Source: Escherichia virus TH55. From it: a DNA stretch of 64,000 nucleotides. How positions within the stretch are numbered: the first letter of the stretch is position 1; each line of letters begins with the position of its first letter. The notes beneath the pieces are model-generated. The model was given only the letters and a program-made list of their open reading frames with translations, searched no databases and was not told the DNA's origin. This document shows positions 51,332-62,006 of this stretch, piece by piece. Position numbers and translations under genes: made by a program. The stretch is from sequence record MT446421.1. One strand, written 5' to 3'.

Positions 51332-51823
51332 ATGGAGTTGACCGATATCACACGCGCTTTCGAATCCGGCGACTTTGCTCGCCCTAACCTGTTCGAAGTC
51401 GAAATCCCATTCCTGGGTAAAAACTTTGCTTTCCATTGTAAAGCAGCCCCGATGCCAGCAGGCATTGTAGAAAAAGTTCCTGTCGGTTACATGAACCGTA
51501 AAATCAACGTTGCGGGCGACCGTACATTTGATGACTGGACTATTACGATTTATAACGACGATGCTCATAAAGTTCGTCAAGCAATTGTTGATTGGCAAAA
51601 CCTGTGTCACGGTATGACTAACGAAATCACCGGTGCAGCTCCTGCTGATTATAAGAAAACCGCTACTGTTCGTCAGTTCCATCGTGATGGTAAGACCGTT
51701 ACGAAAGAAGTTGTTATTACCGGCATGTGGCCAACCAACGTTGGGGAAGTCCAGATGGATTGGGACAGTAACAACGAAATTGAAACGTTCGAAGCAACGT
51801 TCGCAATTGACTGGTGGGAATAA
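51332..51823 (+). CDS. 19: tail tube protein gp19
   Basis: 163 aa from MELTDITRAFESGDFARPNLF, matches recalled T4 gp19. Confidence 0.9.
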   Translation: MELTDITRAFESGDFARPNLFEVEIPFLGKNFAFHCKAAPMPAGIVEKVPVGYMNRKINVAGDRTFDDWTITIYNDDAHKVRQAIVDWQNLCHGMTNEITGAAPADYKKTATVRQFHRDGKTVTKEVVITGMWPTNVGEVQMDWDSNNEIETFEATFAIDWWE

Positions 51824-51824
51824 G

Positions 51825-51832
51825 TATAAATA
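51825..51832 (+). promoter_or_regulatory. late promoter TATAAATA upstream of gene 20
   Basis: exact TATAAATA then gaggcttcggcctc hairpin in leader. Confidence 0.55.
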
Positions 51833-51880
51833 AAGTTATTATGAGGCTTCGGCCTCATTTCCCAAACTTCGGAGACTCTA

Positions 51881-53455
51881 ATGGCAGGTTTTAACACAAT
51901 ACTAAATTTTCTTAAGCCTTGGGCTAAAGAAGATGAACAAGAATATAAGCAACAAGAAAAAAATAATTTAGAGTCAATGACCGGGCCGAAGTTTGACGAT
52001 GGGGCTCGCGAAATTGAGTCACAAGAACAAAACGTCCCGTATAATGCATTGATGCAACAGATGTTCGGGAGTAATGAACCTGAAGTAAAAAATACCAGGG
52101 AATTAATTGACACCTACCGCAACTTACTAAATAATTATGAAGTTGATAACGCGGTGCAAGAAATTGTGTCTGATGCTATCGTTTTTGAAGACGGTAAAGA
52201 TGTTGTAGCTCTTAATCTTGATGCTACCGAATTTAGTCAGAAAATTAAAGACCGAATCCTCGAAGAATTCGCGGAAGTTAATAACCTCCTTAATTTCGAG
52301 CGTAAAGGTTCTGACCACTTTAAACGTTGGTATGTGGATTCTCGAATTTTCTTCCACAAAATTATCAACCCTTCAAAACTTAAAGATGGAGTTCAAGAAC
52401 TTCGTCGCCTTGACCCAAGACAAATCCAGTTCATCCGTGAAATCGTTACACGCATGGAAAATGGCACAAAAATTGTCGACGGTTACAGAGAATATTTTGT
52501 ATACGATACTGGCCACGAAAGTTATTGTGCCGATGGTCGTATATATGAAGCAGGTACTAAAATAAAAATTCCTCGTGCGGCGATTGTATATGCGCATTCT
52601 GGATTACTCGATTGCTGTGGCAAGAATATCATCGGATACTTACAACGAGCAATTAAACCTGCAAACCAATTAAAACTATTAGAAGATGCTTTAGTCATTT
52701 ATCGTATAACTCGTGCCCCAGACCGCCGAGTCTTTTATATCGATACTGGGAATATGCCGTCTCGTAAAGCAGCAGCACACATGCAACATATTATGAATAC
52801 GATGAAAAACCGTGTCGTATATGATGCAACCACGGGTAAAATCAAAAACCAACAGCACAACATGTCAATGACAGAAGACTATTGGTTGCAACGTCGTGAT
52901 GGTAAAGCAGTCACCGAAGTTGATACACTCCCGGGTGCACAAGGCATGTCGGATATGGACGATGTTCGCTGGTTTAAGAACAACCTATATCAGGCTCTCC
53001 GAATTCCATTATCTCGTATCCCTAATGACCAAAACAGCGGCGTTATGTTTGATGCGGGCGCGACAATTACTCGCGATGAATTGAATTTCTCTAAATGGAT
53101 TAGGCAGCTACAGAATAAATTTGAAGAAGTTTTCCTCGACCCGCTTAAAACCAACCTTATCCTGAAAAAAATTATTTCAGAAGAGGAATGGGAAAAGGAA
53201 CTAAATAATATTAAAGTTACGTTCAACCGTGATAGCTATTTCACCGAAATGAAAGACGCAGAAATCATGGAACGCAGAATCAATATGCTAACGATGGCTG
53301 AACCGTTTATCGGTAAATATATTTCGCATCAAACGGCTATGAAGGACTTCCTCCAGATGTCTGATGAAGAAATTAATCAAGAAGCTAAGCAAATTGAATT
53401 GGAGTCCAAAGAGGCTCGTTTCCAAAACCCTGAAGAAGAAGAAGAGGATTTCTAA
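51881..53455 (+). CDS. 20: portal vertex protein gp20
   Basis: 524 aa, same length as T4 gp20. Confidence 0.92.
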   Translation: MAGFNTILNFLKPWAKEDEQEYKQQEKNNLESMTGPKFDDGAREIESQEQNVPYNALMQQMFGSNEPEVKNTRELIDTYRNLLNNYEVDNAVQEIVSDAIVFEDGKDVVALNLDATEFSQKIKDRILEEFAEVNNLLNFERKGSDHFKRWYVDSRIFFHKIINPSKLKDGVQELRRLDPRQIQFIREIVTRMENGTKIVDGYREYFVYDTGHESYCADGRIYEAGTKIKIPRAAIVYAHSGLLDCCGKNIIGYLQRAIKPANQLKLLEDALVIYRITRAPDRRVFYIDTGNMPSRKAAAHMQHIMNTMKNRVVYDATTGKIKNQQHNMSMTEDYWLQRRDGKAVTEVDTLPGAQGMSDMDDVRWFKNNLYQALRIPLSRIPNDQNSGVMFDAGATITRDELNFSKWIRQLQNKFEEVFLDPLKTNLILKKIISEEEWEKELNNIKVTFNRDSYFTEMKDAEIMERRINMLTMAEPFIGKYISHQTAMKDFLQMSDEEINQEAKQIELESKEARFQNPEEEEEDF

Positions 53456-53709
53456 TGGATGATTTATTTGAAGCCATTAAATCAAACGACCTCGTAGCCG
53501 TTCGCAAATATTTTGCTGAAAACATTGGCCCAGTATGCGGTAGTTTGATTGAAGAACGTAAGATTGAAATTGCACGTTCCATCATGATTGAAGGCGAAGA
53601 GCCTAAAGAAGATGATGAAGACGGTAAAGCAGAAAAGAAAGACAAAAAAGAATCTGATGACGCCGACGAAGGCGACGATGACGAAGATGATGATGAGGAC
53701 GATGAATAA
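53455..53709 (+). CDS. 67: prohead core protein gp67
   Basis: 84 aa with poly-acidic C-terminus. Confidence 0.8.
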   Translation: MDDLFEAIKSNDLVAVRKYFAENIGPVCGSLIEERKIEIARSIMIEGEEPKEDDEDGKAEKKDKKESDDADEGDDDEDDDEDDE

Positions 53710-54137
53710 TGTTTATTATCCCTGATGATTACGAATTAACTCTTGAAAACATTGAAAGTGTTTCCGAAGAAGCTCAGGGACAATTTGATTCATTATCTGA
53801 AGCCTTAGAAAAAGACGATATAAATATTATTGTAGAAAACATGTTTGCAGCCGGTGAATATGAAAAAGCAACGGTTATCGGCGCGCTGAATGAAGGTGTT
53901 CAGCTTAACGAATTTATCGTTAAACATGTATCGTCTCGCGGTGAGTTAACCCGCACAAAAGACCTAGCTACTCGTAAGCGTAATGCTTTCCAAACAACTG
54001 GTCTTTCTAAAGCTAAACGTCGTCAAATTGCCCGTCTGGCTACTAAAACGAAAAGAGCAAACCCATCTACGCAAATCAGAGCAGAGCGCAAGCGCAAAAA
54101 AGCTCGAGCTAAGCGTAAAGCATTCGGACTTGATTAA
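53709..54137 (+). CDS. 68: prohead core protein gp68
   Basis: 142 aa with basic C-terminus. Confidence 0.8.
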   Translation: MFIIPDDYELTLENIESVSEEAQGQFDSLSEALEKDDINIIVENMFAAGEYEKATVIGALNEGVQLNEFIVKHVSSRGELTRTKDLATRKRNAFQTTGLSKAKRRQIARLATKTKRANPSTQIRAERKRKKARAKRKAFGLD

Positions 54138-54775
54138 TGGAACAGAAACCAGAGTTACTAATCGAACACTGGGGTCAACCGGGCGAAATTAAAGATGGTG
54201 TACCGATGTTGGAATCTCATGACGGTTCCAACAGCGATTTAAAGCCAGGACTTTATATTGAAGGTATTTTCCTACAAGCTGAAGTTGTTAACCGTAATAA
54301 ACGACTTTATCCTAAACATATTTTGGAAAAAGCCGTTGCTGATTATATGGCAGAACAGGTTGCTACTAAACAAGCTTTAGGAGAATTAAATCATCCGCCC
54401 CGTGCTAACGTCGACCCTATGCAAGCCGCTATTATTATTGAAGATATGTGGTGGAAAGGTAATGATGTATATGGTCGCGCGCGCATTATCGAAGGCGACC
54501 ATGGCCCAGGTGATAAACTTGCTGCAAATATAAGAGCAGGTTGGATTCCAGGTGTATCTAGTCGTGGACTTGGTTCCTTGACTAAATCAGCAAAAGGTTA
54601 TAGCATCGTTAATGAAGGTTTTAAATTGACGGTTGGAGTAGATGCAGTATGGGGGCCAAGTGCTCCGGACGCTTGGGTCAAACCAAAGCAGATTACAGAA
54701 TCACAAACGGCAGTTGCCGATACCAGTGCCGATGACGCCTTTATGGCTCTCGCAGAGGCTTTAAAGACGTTATAA
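54137..54775 (+). CDS. 21: prohead core protease gp21
   Basis: 212 aa, same size as T4 gp21. Confidence 0.9.
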   Translation: MEQKPELLIEHWGQPGEIKDGVPMLESHDGSNSDLKPGLYIEGIFLQAEVVNRNKRLYPKHILEKAVADYMAEQVATKQALGELNHPPRANVDPMQAAIIIEDMWWKGNDVYGRARIIEGDHGPGDKLAANIRAGWIPGVSSRGLGSLTKSAKGYSIVNEGFKLTVGVDAVWGPSAPDAWVKPKQITESQTAVADTSADDAFMALAEALKTL

Positions 54776-54778
54776 ATA
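54771..54778 (+). promoter_or_regulatory. late promoter TATAAATA upstream of gene 22
   Basis: exact TATAAATA overlapping gp21 stop. Confidence 0.55.
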
Positions 54779-54807
54779 AATGTATATCTTAACAACAGGA
54801 CTACAAA

Positions 54808-55626
54808 ATGCTTAAAGAACAACTCATTTCTGAAGCTCAGAATATCGATGCTTCCGTTGCTCTCGATAGTATTTTCGAATCAGTTAATTTGTCCCCGGAA
54901 GCGAAAGCTACCTTCGGCACTGTATTCGAAGCTACCGTCAAGCAACACGCCATCAAACTGGCAGAATCTCACATTCACGCCATCGCTGAAAAAGCTGAAG
55001 AAGAAGTCGAAAAGAATAAAGAAGAAGCCGACGAAAAAGCAGAGAAAAAACTGAAAGAATCTGCAGCTAAATTCCTGGACCACGTTGCTAAAGAATGGCT
55101 CGCTGAAAATAAACTGGCTGTCGACCGTGGCATTAAAGCTGACCTGTTCGAATCCATGTTCACCGGCATGAAAGAACTGTTCGTTGAGCACAACGTTGTT
55201 GTTCCAGAAGAATCTGTCGATGTTGTTGCAGAAATGCAGGAAGAACTGGCTGAACAGAAAGAAGAAACCGCTAATCTGTTCGAAGAAGTTGCTAAGCGTG
55301 ATGCTTATATCAATTATGTCCAACGTGAAGTTGCGTTGACTGAAGCGACTAAAGACCTGACTGAATCTCAAAAAGAAAAAGTTGGTTCTCTGGTAGAAGG
55401 CATGGAATACTCTGATGCATTCGGTACCAAAATTGGCGCTATCGTTGAAATGGTTAAAGGTCAGGTAGAACCCACCGACAAACCAATCACCGAAGCCGCT
55501 ATAAATAAAAATGTAGACGATGCTGCGGCACTGAATTACATTTCAGAAGCAGTTGAAGAAAAAGGCGCCAAGCCTACCCTGTCCTTCGCGGACTTGTCTG
55601 CTCTCGCAGCATCACGAATTTCTTAA
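54808..55626 (+). CDS. 22: prohead core scaffold protein gp22
   Basis: 272 aa acidic coiled-coil. Confidence 0.88.
   Translation: MLKEQLISEAQNIDASVALDSIFESVNLSPEAKATFGTVFEATVKQHAIKLAESHIHAIAEKAEEEVEKNKEEADEKAEKKLKESAAKFLDHVAKEWLAENKLAVDRGIKADLFESMFTGMKELFVEHNVVVPEESVDVVAEMQEELAEQKEETANLFEEVAKRDAYINYVQREVALTEATKDLTESQKEKVGSLVEGMEYSDAFGTKIGAIVEMVKGQVEPTDKPITEAAINKNVDDAAALNYISEAVEEKGAKPTLSFADLSALAASRIS
55499..55506 (+). promoter_or_regulatory. possible internal late promoter TATAAATA for gene 23
   Basis: exact TATAAATA inside 3' end of gene 22, about 140 nt before gp23 ATG. Confidence 0.35.
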
Positions 55627-55647
55627 TTTAATAAGGTTATACAACAC

Positions 55648-57207
55648 ATGAAAAAGAATGCATTAGTTCAAAAATGGTCCGCTCTGCTGGAAAACGAAGC
55701 TCTTCCGGAAATCGTTGGTGCTTCTAAACAAGCTATCATCGCTAAAATCTTTGAAAACCAGGAACAAGATATTCTGACCGCTCCTGAATACCGTGACGAA
55801 AAAATCTCCGAAGCATTTGGTTCTTTCCTGACCGAAGCTGAAATCGGTGGTGACCATGGTTATGATGCTACCAATATCGCTGCTGGCCAGACCTCTGGTG
55901 CAGTAACTCAGATTGGGCCGGCAGTTATGGGTATGGTTCGTCGTGCTATCCCACATCTGATTGCGTTTGATATTTGTGGCGTACAGCCTCTGAACAACCC
56001 GACTGGCCAGGTATTTGCCCTGCGTGCAGTTTACGGTAAAGACCCTGTAGCTGCTGGTGCTAAAGAAGCTTTCCACCCGATGTATGCTCCAAATGCTATG
56101 TTCTCTGGTCAGGGCGCTGCTGAGGCTTTCGAAGCTCTGGCTGCAAGCAAAGTTCTTACCGTTGGTAAAATTTATTCTCACTTCTTCGAAGCAACCGGTG
56201 CCGCGCACTTCCAGGCTGTTGAAGCTGTAACCGTTGATGCTGCTGCTACTGATGCCGCTAAACTTGACGCCGAAGTTACCAAACTGCTCGAAGCTGGTAA
56301 GCTGGCCGAAATCGCTGAAGGTATGGCTACCTCTATCGCCGAATTGCAGGAAGGCTTCAACGGTTCTACTGATAACCCGTGGAACGAAATGGGCTTCCGT
56401 ATCGATAAACAAGTTATCGAAGCTAAATCCCGTCAGCTGAAAGCAAGTTACTCCATCGAACTGGCACAGGACCTGCGCGCTGTTCATGGTATGGATGCTG
56501 ATGCCGAATTGAGTGGTATTCTGGCTACCGAAATTATGCTGGAAATCAACCGCGAAGTTATCGATTGGATTAACTACTCCGCACAGGTTGGTAAATCTGG
56601 TATGACCAACACCGTTGGCGCTAAAGCTGGTGTGTTTGACTTCCAGGACCCGATTGATATCCGTGGCGCTCGTTGGGCTGGTGAAAGCTTCAAAGCTTTA
56701 CTGTTCCAGATTGATAAAGAAGCCGCTGAAATCGCTCGTCAGACTGGCCGTGGTGCAGGTAACTTCATCATCGCTTCCCGTAACGTAGTTAACGTACTGG
56801 CTGCAGTTGATACCTCCGTATCTTATGCTGCTCAGGGTCTGGGTAAAGGTTTCAACGTTGACACCACTAAAGCTGTGTTCGCTGGTGTTCTGGGTGGCAA
56901 ATACCGTGTATACATCGACCAGTATGCTCGTGCAGACTATTTCACCATCGGTTACAAAGGCGCTAACGAAATGGATGCTGGTATCTACTACGCACCATAT
57001 GTTGCACTGACCCCGCTGCGTGGCTCTGACCCGAAAAACTTCCAGCCGGTTATGGGCTTCAAAACCCGTTACGGTATCGGTATTAACCCGTTCGCTGACC
57101 CGGTAGCTCAGGCTCCGACCAAGCGCATTCAGAACGGCATGCCAGACATCGTTAACAGCCTCGGCTTGAACGGTTACTTCCGCCGCGTATATGTTAAAGG
57201 AATTTAA
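55648..57207 (+). CDS. 23: major capsid protein gp23
   Basis: 519 aa, gp23-like. Confidence 0.93.
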   Translation: MKKNALVQKWSALLENEALPEIVGASKQAIIAKIFENQEQDILTAPEYRDEKISEAFGSFLTEAEIGGDHGYDATNIAAGQTSGAVTQIGPAVMGMVRRAIPHLIAFDICGVQPLNNPTGQVFALRAVYGKDPVAAGAKEAFHPMYAPNAMFSGQGAAEAFEALAASKVLTVGKIYSHFFEATGAAHFQAVEAVTVDAAATDAAKLDAEVTKLLEAGKLAEIAEGMATSIAELQEGFNGSTDNPWNEMGFRIDKQVIEAKSRQLKASYSIELAQDLRAVHGMDADAELSGILATEIMLEINREVIDWINYSAQVGKSGMTNTVGAKAGVFDFQDPIDIRGARWAGESFKALLFQIDKEAAEIARQTGRGAGNFIIASRNVVNVLAAVDTSVSYAAQGLGKGFNVDTTKAVFAGVLGGKYRVYIDQYARADYFTIGYKGANEMDAGIYYAPYVALTPLRGSDPKNFQPVMGFKTRYGIGINPFADPVAQAPTKRIQNGMPDIVNSLGLNGYFRRVYVKGI

Positions 57208-57230
57208 TCCTAGATTAAGTTAAATAAAAA

Positions 57231-57258
57231 GGGACCCTTGAGGTCCCTTTCTTGTTTT
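57231..57258 (+). terminator. bidirectional rho-independent terminator after gene 23
   Basis: gggacc cttga ggtccc with flanking A5 and T-rich runs. Confidence 0.65.
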
Positions 57259-57539
57259 CATACCATACCATTTAAATGAACTTCTACCCGGCGCTTGATG
57301 AGGTCTCTGAAGTTAACATTGTTTTCTTGAAGTTTCAACCAGTTACCATTTTTATCTTTAGTGTGAGTAGAATAATTACCATTCCACCAGAAATCAGTGT
57401 CATATGCTAAGTTTTCATATTTTTTAACTAGTTTGTTCAGAGCATTACCATTAACACCATTTGGGTATTTGTTGACCAATGTAATAACTTCAATTTCCAA
57501 TTTTTTAAAGGTGTTCAGAAGGAAAGTTGCTTTGTTCAT
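57258..57539 (-). CDS. hypothetical protein on opposite strand between genes 23 and 24
   Basis: 93-aa ORF with its own family-2 early promoter cassette. Confidence 0.5.
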   Translation of the reverse strand: MNKATFLLNTFKKLEIEVITLVNKYPNGVNGNALNKLVKKYENLAYDTDFWWNGNYSTHTKDKNGNWLKLQENNVNFRDLIKRRVEVHLNGMV

Positions 57540-57611
57540 TTTTAAACTCCAAGGTTTTGTTTGTTAACTCAGTATGGAATCATTATGTCTTATCTTAATC
57601 TGGTTGTAAAC
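57540..57611 (-). promoter_or_regulatory. early promoter/leader cassette (family 2)
   Basis: coding strand GTTTAC...CATAAT gattccatactgagttaacaaacaaaaccttggag ATG. Confidence 0.5.
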
Positions 57612-57617
57612 AACTTT

Positions 57618-57625
57618 TATAAATA
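57618..57625 (+). promoter_or_regulatory. late promoter TATAAATA upstream of gene 24
   Basis: exact TATAAATA, abuts -35 of divergent early promoter. Confidence 0.55.
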
Positions 57626-57651
57626 AAGTATATCACAAAAGGAAAGCGCAA

Positions 57652-58932
57652 ATGGCAAAGATTAACAAATTACTGCGCGAGTCAACTATTACTACCAGCA
57701 ACTCCTTGGGCCGCCCGAATCTTGTTGCTTTGACCCGCGCTACGACTAAATTGATTTACCGCGATATCATCGCTGAACAACGTACTAACCAACCTGTTGC
57801 TGCACTGTATGGTGTTAAATATCTTACTCCTGATAATGAATTCAGTTTCCAGACGGGCGCTACTTATGGAGGCGAAGTCGGTTCTAAAGACCGCACAACT
57901 ATTCCAGAATTAACTACAGCCACTCAGCCTGTGGCTAAAGGCGAATATATAAAATACCAAAATATCGTTTACAAAGCTCTGGTTGATAATCCATTTGCAT
58001 CGACCACAGAAACAGTGTTATCTGATGTTCTGCAAGAAGGTCTTATTGCATCGACTATTCGCCTTGTTCCTGATGCCGCACACACTGAAAAATTCGAAGC
58101 CGGTGATGTTGAAATTAGCAATGCTGTATTCCAGGTTAACAAATGGAATGCTCCGGTTAAAACACGTAAATTGAAAACTGCATTAACTGTTGAACTTGCC
58201 CAGGATATGGAAGCAAATGGTTTTAATGCTCCTGCTTTCTTAGAAGACCTGCTTGCCACTATTATGGCAGATGAAATTAACAAAGATGTTCTTCAGTCTC
58301 TTATTACCGTTTCCAAGCGTTATAAAGTAACTGGCGTTTCTGACAATGGCACCATCGATTTAACATACGATGCAGCCCCAGAAGGTGCACGTAAACTGTA
58401 CGAACTGGTTTGCGAAATGAACTCCGAAATTCAGAAAACTACATCTTATTCCGGTACCTTTGTTGTTGCCTCTAGCCGTGTTGCTGCTATGTTGGCCGGT
58501 TCTGGTTGGTTGAAACACAGACCAGAAGACGAACAGTGGCTCCCCGAAACAGCGTACGGTTATTTGATTAATGGCCTCCCTGTATTCTGTGATGTTAACA
58601 GTCCATTGGATTATGTAACTGTTGGTGTTAAAGAAAATTACGGCGGAAACGAAGTCGTAGGCGCAATTTTCTATGCTCCTTATACCGAAGGCCTGGACTT
58701 GGATGATGAAGAGCACGTTGGTGCGTTTAAGGTCATTGTGGACCCAGACAGCTTGCAGCCATCTATCTCTCTGATGGTTCGTTACGCACTTTCAGCTAAC
58801 CCGTACACCGTTGCTAAAGACGATAAAGAAGCTCGTATTATCGATGCAACCAATATGGATTTAATGGCCGGTCAGAGCAATATGTCTTATCTGCTCGGTG
58901 TTAAACTTCCGCCAATCATTTATGAGGCGTAA
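57652..58932 (+). CDS. 24: head vertex protein gp24 (copy 1)
   Basis: 426 aa; gp23-like fold protein after gene 23. Confidence 0.88.
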   Translation: MAKINKLLRESTITTSNSLGRPNLVALTRATTKLIYRDIIAEQRTNQPVAALYGVKYLTPDNEFSFQTGATYGGEVGSKDRTTIPELTTATQPVAKGEYIKYQNIVYKALVDNPFASTTETVLSDVLQEGLIASTIRLVPDAAHTEKFEAGDVEISNAVFQVNKWNAPVKTRKLKTALTVELAQDMEANGFNAPAFLEDLLATIMADEINKDVLQSLITVSKRYKVTGVSDNGTIDLTYDAAPEGARKLYELVCEMNSEIQKTTSYSGTFVVASSRVAAMLAGSGWLKHRPEDEQWLPETAYGYLINGLPVFCDVNSPLDYVTVGVKENYGGNEVVGAIFYAPYTEGLDLDDEEHVGAFKVIVDPDSLQPSISLMVRYALSANPYTVAKDDKEARIIDATNMDLMAGQSNMSYLLGVKLPPIIYEA

Positions 58933-60216
58933 ATGCAAAAGATTAATGCACTAATTCACGAATCAACATTAACGGCGGCCAACCAGGTCGCCCGTCCTAA
59001 TTTGCTTTCTTATACTCAAGCCACGAATAAACGAATTTTTAAAGCGCTCGTGGCCGAACAGAAAACTACCCAGCCTGTTGCAGCGCTGTATGGTGTTCGT
59101 GTTCTGAACCCAGATGATAAAATGACTTATCTCGGTGGAGCAACATTTGCAGGTCAGATTGGTATGTTCGAGCGTAAGAATATTCCAGAATTTACAAACA
59201 AAGACGAAGCTTATGCAGTCGGCGATATGTTCCAGTTTGAAAGTGTTGTGTTCAAAGTTTTGGAAGCATCCCCATTCGCCGGTACACTCGAAACTGATTT
59301 AGGTGAAGTTATTTCTGAAGCCATTGCTGCTGGGCATATAAGAATGATGTCAGATGCTGCTTTCACTGATAAATTTGAAAAGGGGCATCCTGAAATTGCT
59401 GAAGCTGGTTTTCGTATCGATAAATGGCAGACTGAAGTTAAATCCAGAAAGTTGAAAACTTCTTTAACTGTCGAGCTTGCCCAGGACCTGGAAGCAAACG
59501 GTTTTGATGCAACAGACTTCATCGATAATATTCTCGGCATTCAAATGGCAGAGGAAATTAATAAGGATGTATTGCAATCCCTTATTACTGTTAGTTCCCG
59601 CTTCAAGGTGCAAGGTGTTTCGGAAAAAGGTGTATTGAATCTTACTGACCCGAAATATGATAACGCGCAGGACCGCGCGCGAACCCTGTATTATTATATG
59701 TGTGAAATGAATTCTGCAGTTCAACGTCAGACTTCGTTTGCTGGTACATATGCGGTTGCTTCTTCCCGTTGTGCAGCTATTTTAGCCGCTTCTGGCTGGG
59801 TTGAGAAAAAGGAAGACCAGGATGAATTGGCCTATGGTGTTCTGAAGAACGGTTTGCCTCTTTACGCTGATATGAATAGTCCATGTGATTATGTTATTGT
59901 TGGTGTAAATGCAGATATGGGTGAAGGTCAGACGGTCGCATCTTTGTATTATGCGCCTTATACGGAAGGGCTTAGCGAAGTTGATGATGAGGGTGATACC
60001 TCGGTTGGGGAATTCAAGGTTATTGTTGACCCTGAAAGCTTACAGCCTACGGTTGCACTGTTAGCTCGTTATGCTTTGACTGCGAACCCTTACACCGTTG
60101 CTAAAGATGATAAAGAAGCTCGCCTTATTGATGGAGCTGATATGGATAAGATGGCTAACCAAAGTCAATTGAGTTCTTATCTTGGTGTTAAACTTCCACC
60201 GCTGGAAAAAGAATAA
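58933..60216 (+). CDS. 24: head vertex protein gp24 paralog (copy 2)
   Basis: 427 aa; colinear similarity to copy 1 (MQKINALIHESTLTAANQVARPNL vs MAKINKLLRESTITTSNSLGRPNL; both end PYTVAKDDKEAR.ID). Confidence 0.8.
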   Translation: MQKINALIHESTLTAANQVARPNLLSYTQATNKRIFKALVAEQKTTQPVAALYGVRVLNPDDKMTYLGGATFAGQIGMFERKNIPEFTNKDEAYAVGDMFQFESVVFKVLEASPFAGTLETDLGEVISEAIAAGHIRMMSDAAFTDKFEKGHPEIAEAGFRIDKWQTEVKSRKLKTSLTVELAQDLEANGFDATDFIDNILGIQMAEEINKDVLQSLITVSSRFKVQGVSEKGVLNLTDPKYDNAQDRARTLYYYMCEMNSAVQRQTSFAGTYAVASSRCAAILAASGWVEKKEDQDELAYGVLKNGLPLYADMNSPCDYVIVGVNADMGEGQTVASLYYAPYTEGLSEVDDEGDTSVGEFKVIVDPESLQPTVALLARYALTANPYTVAKDDKEARLIDGADMDKMANQSQLSSYLGVKLPPLEKE

Positions 60217-60237
60217 GGGCCTTGCGGCCCTTTTTTT
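60217..60237 (+). terminator. rho-independent terminator after gene 24 copy 2
   Basis: gggcc ttgc ggccc plus T7. Confidence 0.7.
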
Positions 60238-61243
60238 ATTCACTAATTAATGCAATCCAAACATGTCTTAATGTTTCTCTTACATTTGCGATAAGTTGCT
60301 TTTTAACTTCAACAGGATTTTCTGTTTGGGTCAATTCAAGGCCTTCACGACCCGCTTCTTCCAGGATATCCTGGACAGTCAAACCCATTACCTTCCCAAA
60401 ATCCTTAGGTGTTACTTCCCCAATCTTACTGATAACATTATTGATACGGTTGACAGTCACATAATCAGTAAACTTCCATAAAACATCCAGGTCTTCCTGG
60501 GACAACACAACAGCAGCCTTAATAGGCTTATCAGACTTTTTCTTTTCGCTGAATTTAGAGTTCTTACATTTAATCGCTACACGCTCGCCGTTAGGTAACC
60601 ATGCAGGAACATCAGGTTTTAATACAAATCCTTCAGCAGTGAATACTTTACCTTCCACCTTTGCATCAAAATCAGTGGTATTTGCTGTAGTCAATCCTGC
60701 GTTATCCACTGTAAAATTGTAATCAGGGACCACAGAATCCAGGTCATTAGGGAGCTTAATCAAGTCTTCAAAGCTACCTGTGGCCAGGCGTGGGGCAACT
60801 TTAAACTTATGAATAATACAAAAGGCTTCCATAAGTGTGTCAGTCAGGACGGATTCAGAGCCATCTTCCTTAGTAACGCGGATATCAAACACATAGAAAT
60901 CTTTATCGCCGTAATCCACATTCTTCTGAATACCTGTACCAGCAAACTCGCCATAAATCTGGTAAGCCTGGTAATTAATATCCTGTAAAAGTTTCTGCAC
61001 AGATTTAATAGAATCTGCGTAGTTCTTTAATACAATTTCATAACCATAGAAATCTTCTGCAGGTAGAATAGGTCCAGTGCGTTTCGCGCATGTCACATTG
61101 TCTTGTTCAATGATTAAACTAAAGTTGGTACCATGAATCTTTTCACGAGCTACCCATTCACCGCTGGTGAAGCCTTGCAGGCGAATCTTTTCAATGAACT
61201 TGTTATTATAGTGATTTTCAAGGCTGTTGTATTTCTTAAACAT
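60236..61243 (-). CDS. rnlB: RNA ligase 2
   Basis: 335 aa; [19 protein letters not shown]...[14 protein letters not shown] (ligase lysine motif), ...[22 protein letters not shown] matches T4 Rnl2. Confidence 0.9.
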   Translation of the reverse strand: MFKKYNSLENHYNNKFIEKIRLQGFTSGEWVAREKIHGTNFSLIIEQDNVTCAKRTGPILPAEDFYGYEIVLKNYADSIKSVQKLLQDINYQAYQIYGEFAGTGIQKNVDYGDKDFYVFDIRVTKEDGSESVLTDTLMEAFCIIHKFKVAPRLATGSFEDLIKLPNDLDSVVPDYNFTVDNAGLTTANTTDFDAKVEGKVFTAEGFVLKPDVPAWLPNGERVAIKCKNSKFSEKKKSDKPIKAAVVLSQEDLDVLWKFTDYVTVNRINNVISKIGEVTPKDFGKVMGLTVQDILEEAGREGLELTQTENPVEVKKQLIANVRETLRHVWIALISE

Positions 61244-61373
61244 AATCTCTCACTTTTGATGTTATAAATATCATTATAAATTAGACCCACTATACTTTCT
61301 TTCTCTGAAAGGAATTAATAGTTGCAAAGGGTCTAGAACCATTATACCGCATTTTTATTTGAAGCAAAAAGGG

Positions 61374-61637
61374 TCAGAATTTTACATACAGCATTGGCTT
61401 GGATTCTTGCCAATCATAATTCCAGGTAAAAGATGTAAATTTTTCTGCTCGCAGAAATTCAGATATCTTTGCACGGTTTCCTTCTTCATACTCTTTTTCA
61501 GAAACTGCCATATTAACAGCATCTTTGCCGTTCTCGGCGGCGGCAATAGCCACTTTGCGAAATATAGAAATAAAGTCATTTGCAACTTTATCTTGTGACT
61601 CTTTGGCTATTTGGCGTAGTTCTTCTGCGAATGTCAT
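61374..61637 (-). CDS. hypothetical protein
   Basis: 87-aa ORF. Confidence 0.4.
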   Translation of the reverse strand: MTFAEELRQIAKESQDKVANDFISIFRKVAIAAAENGKDAVNMAVSEKEYEEGNRAKISEFLRAEKFTSFTWNYDWQESKPMLYVKF

Positions 61638-61837
61638 TTCTTCACCTTTTTGTTATTCAAACGTTTACGATAAACAATCTTTTCTTTCGCTTTAAATTTA
61701 GCTTTGGCTTGTTCTACATCAACCCAGGCCTTTGCCATCTCTTTAGCAGTCCCGCCTAATACCTTGGCGATTTCAATAAATGTCATGCCAGATTCATGCA
61801 GAAAATGTACTTTAACCTTATCCATAATGATTCTCAT
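61634..61837 (-). CDS. hypothetical basic protein (possible HTH)
   Basis: 67-aa ORF with lysine-rich tail. Confidence 0.4.
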   Translation of the reverse strand: MRIIMDKVKVHFLHESGMTFIEIAKVLGGTAKEMAKAWVDVEQAKAKFKAKEKIVYRKRLNNKKVKK

Positions 61838-61975
61838 GTTGAGTTAGTGAAGCTATCTTAACATGGAATTTTTAACTTGTAAACATGATTTTTATGCCAG
61901 ATGAACAATTGTTATGGTATGACCACAAGGACTCACTAGAGAAAGGGGGCCAGGCAACGTTTGCTCAGTACCATA

Positions 61976-62004
61976 AAAATAAAGGGACCCGAAGGTCCCT
62001 TTTT
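61976..62004 (-). terminator. bidirectional rho-independent terminator after hoc
   Basis: gggacc cgaa ggtccc flanked by A- and T-runs. Confidence 0.6.
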
Positions 62005-62006
62005 AA

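Noticed and set aside
54880-55371. 163-aa antisense ORF inside gene 22
   Set aside because: Low-complexity translation of the complement of the acidic scaffold gene.
55663-56487. 274-aa antisense ORF inside gene 23
   Set aside because: Lies wholly within the major capsid gene on the opposite strand; the sense frame has strong gp23 identity, so this is an open antisense frame arising by chance.
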